From: Candidatus Ratteibacteria bacterium
GTDB taxonomy: Bacteria > Ratteibacteria > UBA8468 > B48-G9 > JAFGKM01
Assembly (NCBI GenBank): GCA_046296715.1
Contig: JBKBIN010000042.1
Span: forward strand, 1 to 11,321
DNA length: 11,321 bases
Direction of reading: 5' to 3'
The notes under the pieces are model-generated. The model was given only the letters and a program-made list of their open reading frames with translations, had not been told where the DNA came from and made no database searches. Shown in pieces: positions 7,846 to 11,321 of this stretch (position 1 is its first letter; each line of letters opens with the position of its first letter). The translations under genes and the position numbers were made by a program.

Positions 7846-8962
7846 AGAAAAAATTGAAATAAAAGAAGGAAGTAGATTAATAGGATATCCAAATACAGAA
7901 ATAAGATTTTGTAAAGGGAATAAAGGAGATATTGAAGTAAATGGATTAATCTTAAAAGAAAATGGAAAAATAGGATGTCTAATTTCAATTGATATACTTG
8001 GGATAAATCTTTCTTTTACAAATAAAATAAGGGAATGGATTGAAAAAAATTTTAAAATACCATTTGATAATATAATTCTTTCCTGCACACATACTCATTC
8101 AAGTGGATGCAGTTTAGAAGGAAGATGGAAAGATGAAATATTTTTGAGCGAAATAGAAAATAAAATAAAAATTGGAATTGAAAGAGGTTTTAATAATTTT
8201 CAAGATGTTGAATTGAGAATTTTAAAAACAGAAATTGATATTTCACATAATAGAAGAGTTGTTATTAATGGAAAGTGCATAAATGAGTGGCAAGATATTG
8301 AAGGAAAGCATACTGGAATTGTTGATAAAGAAGTAATATGTTTGGGATTTTTCAGATCAGATGAAACTTTAAAAAGTATGATTGTTAATTATTCCTGTCA
8401 TCCTGTTGTTCTTGGTCCTTCTAATTATTATGCAAGTGCTGACTTTGTTGGTTATTTAAGAAATTTTCTTGAAAGAAATCTCAACCTTGAAAATATTGTT
8501 TACATTACAGGTGCTTCAGGTGATATAAATCCAAAAGTTTGCATTACTGACGATTTTGAAATTGCAAAGAATACAGGTGAAAAAATAGGGAATAAAATTT
8601 TAGAGAATATTAAAAATTTTGAAAAGTTTTCTCTAAATGAATTTGATTTTGAGAGGGAAAAATTTGAATTTATAAAGAAAGATAATTCTGGGACAATTGA
8701 AACAGAAATCCAAATATTGAAAATAAACGATAAAATTTTGTTAATTACTTTACCAGGAGAACCAGTTGTTGAAATAGGACTTGAAATTAAAAGATTATCT
8801 AAATTCCCAATAACAATTATTGCAGGTTATACAAATGACTATATTGGATATATAGCAACTAATAAAATAATTTCAGAAGGTGGTCATGAATCAAATAGTT
8901 GTTTAATAAGGGATGCGGTAGAAAAGATTAAAGAACAAATATCAAAATATATAAAATGTTAG
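7826..8962 (+). CDS. Neutral/alkaline non-lysosomal ceramidase-like zinc amidohydrolase
   Basis: 378 aa. Family motifs ISID, SCTHTHS, NRR, NYSCHP, SADFVG, GASGDINP, LPGEP and GYTNDYIGY. Overlaps the upstream gene by 20 nt. True substrate unknown. Confidence 0.8.
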   Translation: MKIGTFKEKIEIKEGSRLIGYPNTEIRFCKGNKGDIEVNGLILKENGKIGCLISIDILGINLSFTNKIREWIEKNFKIPFDNIILSCTHTHSSGCSLEGRWKDEIFLSEIENKIKIGIERGFNNFQDVELRILKTEIDISHNRRVVINGKCINEWQDIEGKHTGIVDKEVICLGFFRSDETLKSMIVNYSCHPVVLGPSNYYASADFVGYLRNFLERNLNLENIVYITGASGDINPKVCITDDFEIAKNTGEKIGNKILENIKNFEKFSLNEFDFEREKFEFIKKDNSGTIETEIQILKINDKILLITLPGEPVVEIGLEIKRLSKFPITIIAGYTNDYIGYIATNKIISEGGHESNSCLIRDAVEKIKEQISKYIKC

Positions 8963-9720
8963 ATATTAAACCAAATATTGAGATTAAATTTATTCATTTG
9001 AGTTTTGAGAAAGGTATAGAGACACCACATTTTCATGAAGAAAACCAACTACTTTTTTTTCTTTCAGGTGAAGGAATTGAATATATTGAAAATAGAAAAT
9101 ATAAAATAACTCCAGGTACTTTTGTTTTAATCCCTAAAAAAATAGTCCATTTTTTTAAATCAAATTCCAAAAAACCATCTGAAATTCTTTCAATTAGATT
9201 TGATGTTTCCCATAGGAAAGAGGATGAAAAATTAAAAATTTTTTTTAAGAAACCATATTTTTACAAAGGCAAAAGAGAAAATATTGAAATAGTTAAAAGA
9301 TTGATCCCTTCAATAATAGATGGAAAACCTGACCTTAGATTCTTTTTTAAAATTTTTAATATGTTTTTTGAATCATTGGAGACAAAGAAATTTTCTAAAA
9401 AGATGGAATACATTAAAAAAATTGAGAATTACATCGATAGAAATGTTGGGAATAAAATTGAAATTAAAAAATTGGGAGAACTACTTGGACTTTCAGTTAG
9501 TTATATAAGAAAGATAATAAGGGAAGTATTTGGTGTGAGTTTTGTAAGATATATGAACATTAAAAAGATTGAATATGCATCAAAACTATTAATTGAAACA
9601 AAAAACCCAATTTCAAAAATTGCTGGAATGTGTGGATTTTATGATTTTAATTATTTCTCAAGAATTTTTAAAAAAATTAAAGGAGTTTCGCCAAGAGAAT
9701 TTAGAAAAAAACATTACTAA
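8956..9720 (+). CDS. AraC/XylS family transcriptional regulator with N-terminal cupin domain
   Basis: 254 aa. Cupin motif PHFHEENQL...PKKIVH. C-terminal double HTH with AraC signature ISKIAGMCGFYDFNYFSRIFKKIKGVSPREFRK. Confidence 0.95.
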   Translation: MLDIKPNIEIKFIHLSFEKGIETPHFHEENQLLFFLSGEGIEYIENRKYKITPGTFVLIPKKIVHFFKSNSKKPSEILSIRFDVSHRKEDEKLKIFFKKPYFYKGKRENIEIVKRLIPSIIDGKPDLRFFFKIFNMFFESLETKKFSKKMEYIKKIENYIDRNVGNKIEIKKLGELLGLSVSYIRKIIREVFGVSFVRYMNIKKIEYASKLLIETKNPISKIAGMCGFYDFNYFSRIFKKIKGVSPREFRKKHY

Positions 9721-9725
9721 AATAT

Positions 9726-9733
9726 AAGGAGGT
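9726..9733 (+). promoter_or_regulatory. Shine-Dalgarno sequence
   Basis: AAGGAGGT ending 4 nt before ATG 9738. Confidence 0.85.
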
Positions 9734-9737
9734 AAAA

Positions 9738-11321
9738 ATGTTTAAAAATTCTATTTTTATTTTTTTATCCTTTATTTTTACAATATTTTCTGAAACAATA
9801 TGGGTTGACTGTAATTCCCAGAAAATTGAACAAACAGGTTCAAAAGAATATCCATTTAAAAAGATATCTGATGCCATAAAAATTGCAAAAGAGGGAGATG
9901 AAATTTTAATAAAAGAAGGAGTATATTTTGAAACAATTCAAGGCAAATCAGGAGTTAAAACAAAAGGTATTGGAAGAGTTATTATATCTGGTTGTAGAAA
10001 AATTGATGGATGGAAAAAATTTGAAAAAGAGATTTATGTGGCATATATAGATAAGATGGTAGATGAATTATTTTTAAAAAATAGAAGACTTGAAATAAGC
10101 AGATATCCAGAAAAAATATGGCTAAAAGTAGAAAAGTATGAGGAAGGTGAAAATAGTTTTAAAATTTATAATTCTGATTTAAAGGGATTAAAAGATATAA
10201 AAAATTTTGAATTGAGAATCTTAAATTCAAATGCAAATACTTTTTTTACTTGTTCTGTTTTAAATTTTAATTCAGATGAAGGATTTATTGAAATTCCAAA
10301 ACAGCAATATCTGAAAATAACAAACAAGGATTTATTTTATCTTCAACATAATAAAAATTTTATCAACTCTCAAAATGAATGGGCAATTGAAAAAGATAAA
10401 GATAAATTTGCTATATATTTTTGGCCTGAAAAAGAGGATGACCTAAATTTTATTGAAACCACTGATAAAGATAGGGTGATAAACATAGGAAATGTAAAAA
10501 ATTTTGAAATTGAGGGTCTTGAAATATGCGGAGGAGAAACATATGGTATCTATGTCAGTAAAAGTGAAAACATAAAGATTAAAAATTGCATCATCTATAA
10601 TAATAAACATGTTGGAATTTCTGTAAATGGAAGTAAAAATGTTTTAATTGAAAAAAATATTGTTATTTTTAATGGAAATGGAATAAGTATAGGAGGTTCC
10701 AAAAAGATAGAAGTTTTAAATAATGAAATTGCCTTTAATAACAATGATGGACTTATAGTTTCATGGAATAGTGAAGATATAAATGTGATAGGGAATTATA
10801 TTCATCATCATATTCTTTTTGGACATCCTGATAATATTCAAACTTATAGAAATGTTAAGAATTTAAAGATTGAAAATAATCTACTTTTATGTGGTGGTCA
10901 ATCAATAATGATGGAAGAAACATATAATACTGAACTAAAAAATAATTTAATAATCGGTTCAGGAGCTTATTCTCTAATTTTTGGTCATCAAAATACAGAT
11001 AAATTAAAAATGGTTTTCAATACTGTATTTTTTTCAAGATATGGAAGTATTTCTTTTACAGGGAAAGAATATGAAGTCAAAGGGAATATTTTTGTAAATG
11101 GAAATCCTGGCGCAATATATGGAATAAATCTTAATGAATATGATGGTGATTTTAACATTTTCTGGAATGGAAAAATAGAAAATCCAACAACTATTGCAGC
11201 GTCTGGCAAATGGTACAAAGCAAATCAGTTTGAAGAATATAAGAAAAATACAAATAAAGATTTAAATTCAATATATGGAAATCCTTATTTTAAAAATATA
11301 CCAATTACTTTCCATTCAGTT
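9738..11321 (+). CDS. Secreted right-handed parallel beta-helix protein (pectin lyase-like fold; putative glycoside hydrolase or lyase), 3'-truncated
   Basis: Hand translation gives 528 open codons running off the window. Hydrophobic signal-like N-terminus MFKNSIFIFLSFIFTIFS|ETIWVD. Beta-helix cap motif GSKEYPFKKISDAIKIAKEGDEILIKEGVYFE. ~22-23-aa repeats GIYVSKSENIKIKNCIIYNN / GISVNGSKNVLIEKNIVIFN / GISIGGSKKIEVLNNEIAFN / GLIVSWNSEDINVIGNYIHH. Confidence 0.88.
   Translation, partial: MFKNSIFIFLSFIFTIFSETIWVDCNSQKIEQTGSKEYPFKKISDAIKIAKEGDEILIKEGVYFETIQGKSGVKTKGIGRVIISGCRKIDGWKKFEKEIYVAYIDKMVDELFLKNRRLEISRYPEKIWLKVEKYEEGENSFKIYNSDLKGLKDIKNFELRILNSNANTFFTCSVLNFNSDEGFIEIPKQQYLKITNKDLFYLQHNKNFINSQNEWAIEKDKDKFAIYFWPEKEDDLNFIETTDKDRVINIGNVKNFEIEGLEICGGETYGIYVSKSENIKIKNCIIYNNKHVGISVNGSKNVLIEKNIVIFNGNGISIGGSKKIEVLNNEIAFNNNDGLIVSWNSEDINVIGNYIHHHILFGHPDNIQTYRNVKNLKIENNLLLCGGQSIMMEETYNTELKNNLIIGSGAYSLIFGHQNTDKLKMVFNTVFFSRYGSISFTGKEYEVKGNIFVNGNPGAIYGINLNEYDGDFNIFWNGKIENPTTIAASGKWYKANQFEEYKKNTNKDLNSIYGNPYFKNIPITFHSV

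Noticed and set aside
7166..8088. Minus-strand ORFs 7166..7429 and 7756..8088
   Set aside because: Antisense to the well-supported M14 and ceramidase-like genes, no motifs.
9320..9508. 62-aa alternative-frame ORF inside araC
   Set aside because: Nested out of frame in an intact gene, with no SD or motif.
10988..11218. 76-aa minus-strand ORF
   Set aside because: Antisense shadow of the beta-helix gene.
1..11321. CRISPR array, tRNA/rRNA, IS elements, intrinsic terminators
   Set aside because: Nearly all bases are coding. The spacers (70, 61, 1 and 17 bp) contain no periodic repeats, GC-rich hairpins with U-tracts or terminal inverted repeats.

Overview
AT-rich (roughly 26-28% GC by eye), gene-dense bacterial window with no RNA genes, mobile elements or CRISPR array visible. 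A 3'-truncated minus-strand Asp-box/beta-propeller glycosidase-like gene (786..<1) diverges across a 70-bp spacer from eight co-directional genes. In order these encode a Thr-nucleophile NPP/alkaline-phosphatase-superfamily enzyme, a sulfatase-fold protein with an atypical T-x-P-x-R motif, a canonical Cys-type (CSPTR) sulfatase, an anaerobic sulfatase-maturating radical SAM/SPASM enzyme, an M14 zinc carboxypeptidase, a neutral-ceramidase-like amidohydrolase, a cupin-AraC regulator and a secreted right-handed beta-helix protein (9738..>11321). The two edge genes are missing from the supplied ORF track and were translated by hand. The locus looks like a catabolic cluster of an anaerobe for stripping sulfate, phosphate and acyl/amide decorations from a glycoconjugate. 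The most unusual element is the Thr-type sulfatase in the same coupled gene chain as a Cys sulfatase and its maturase.
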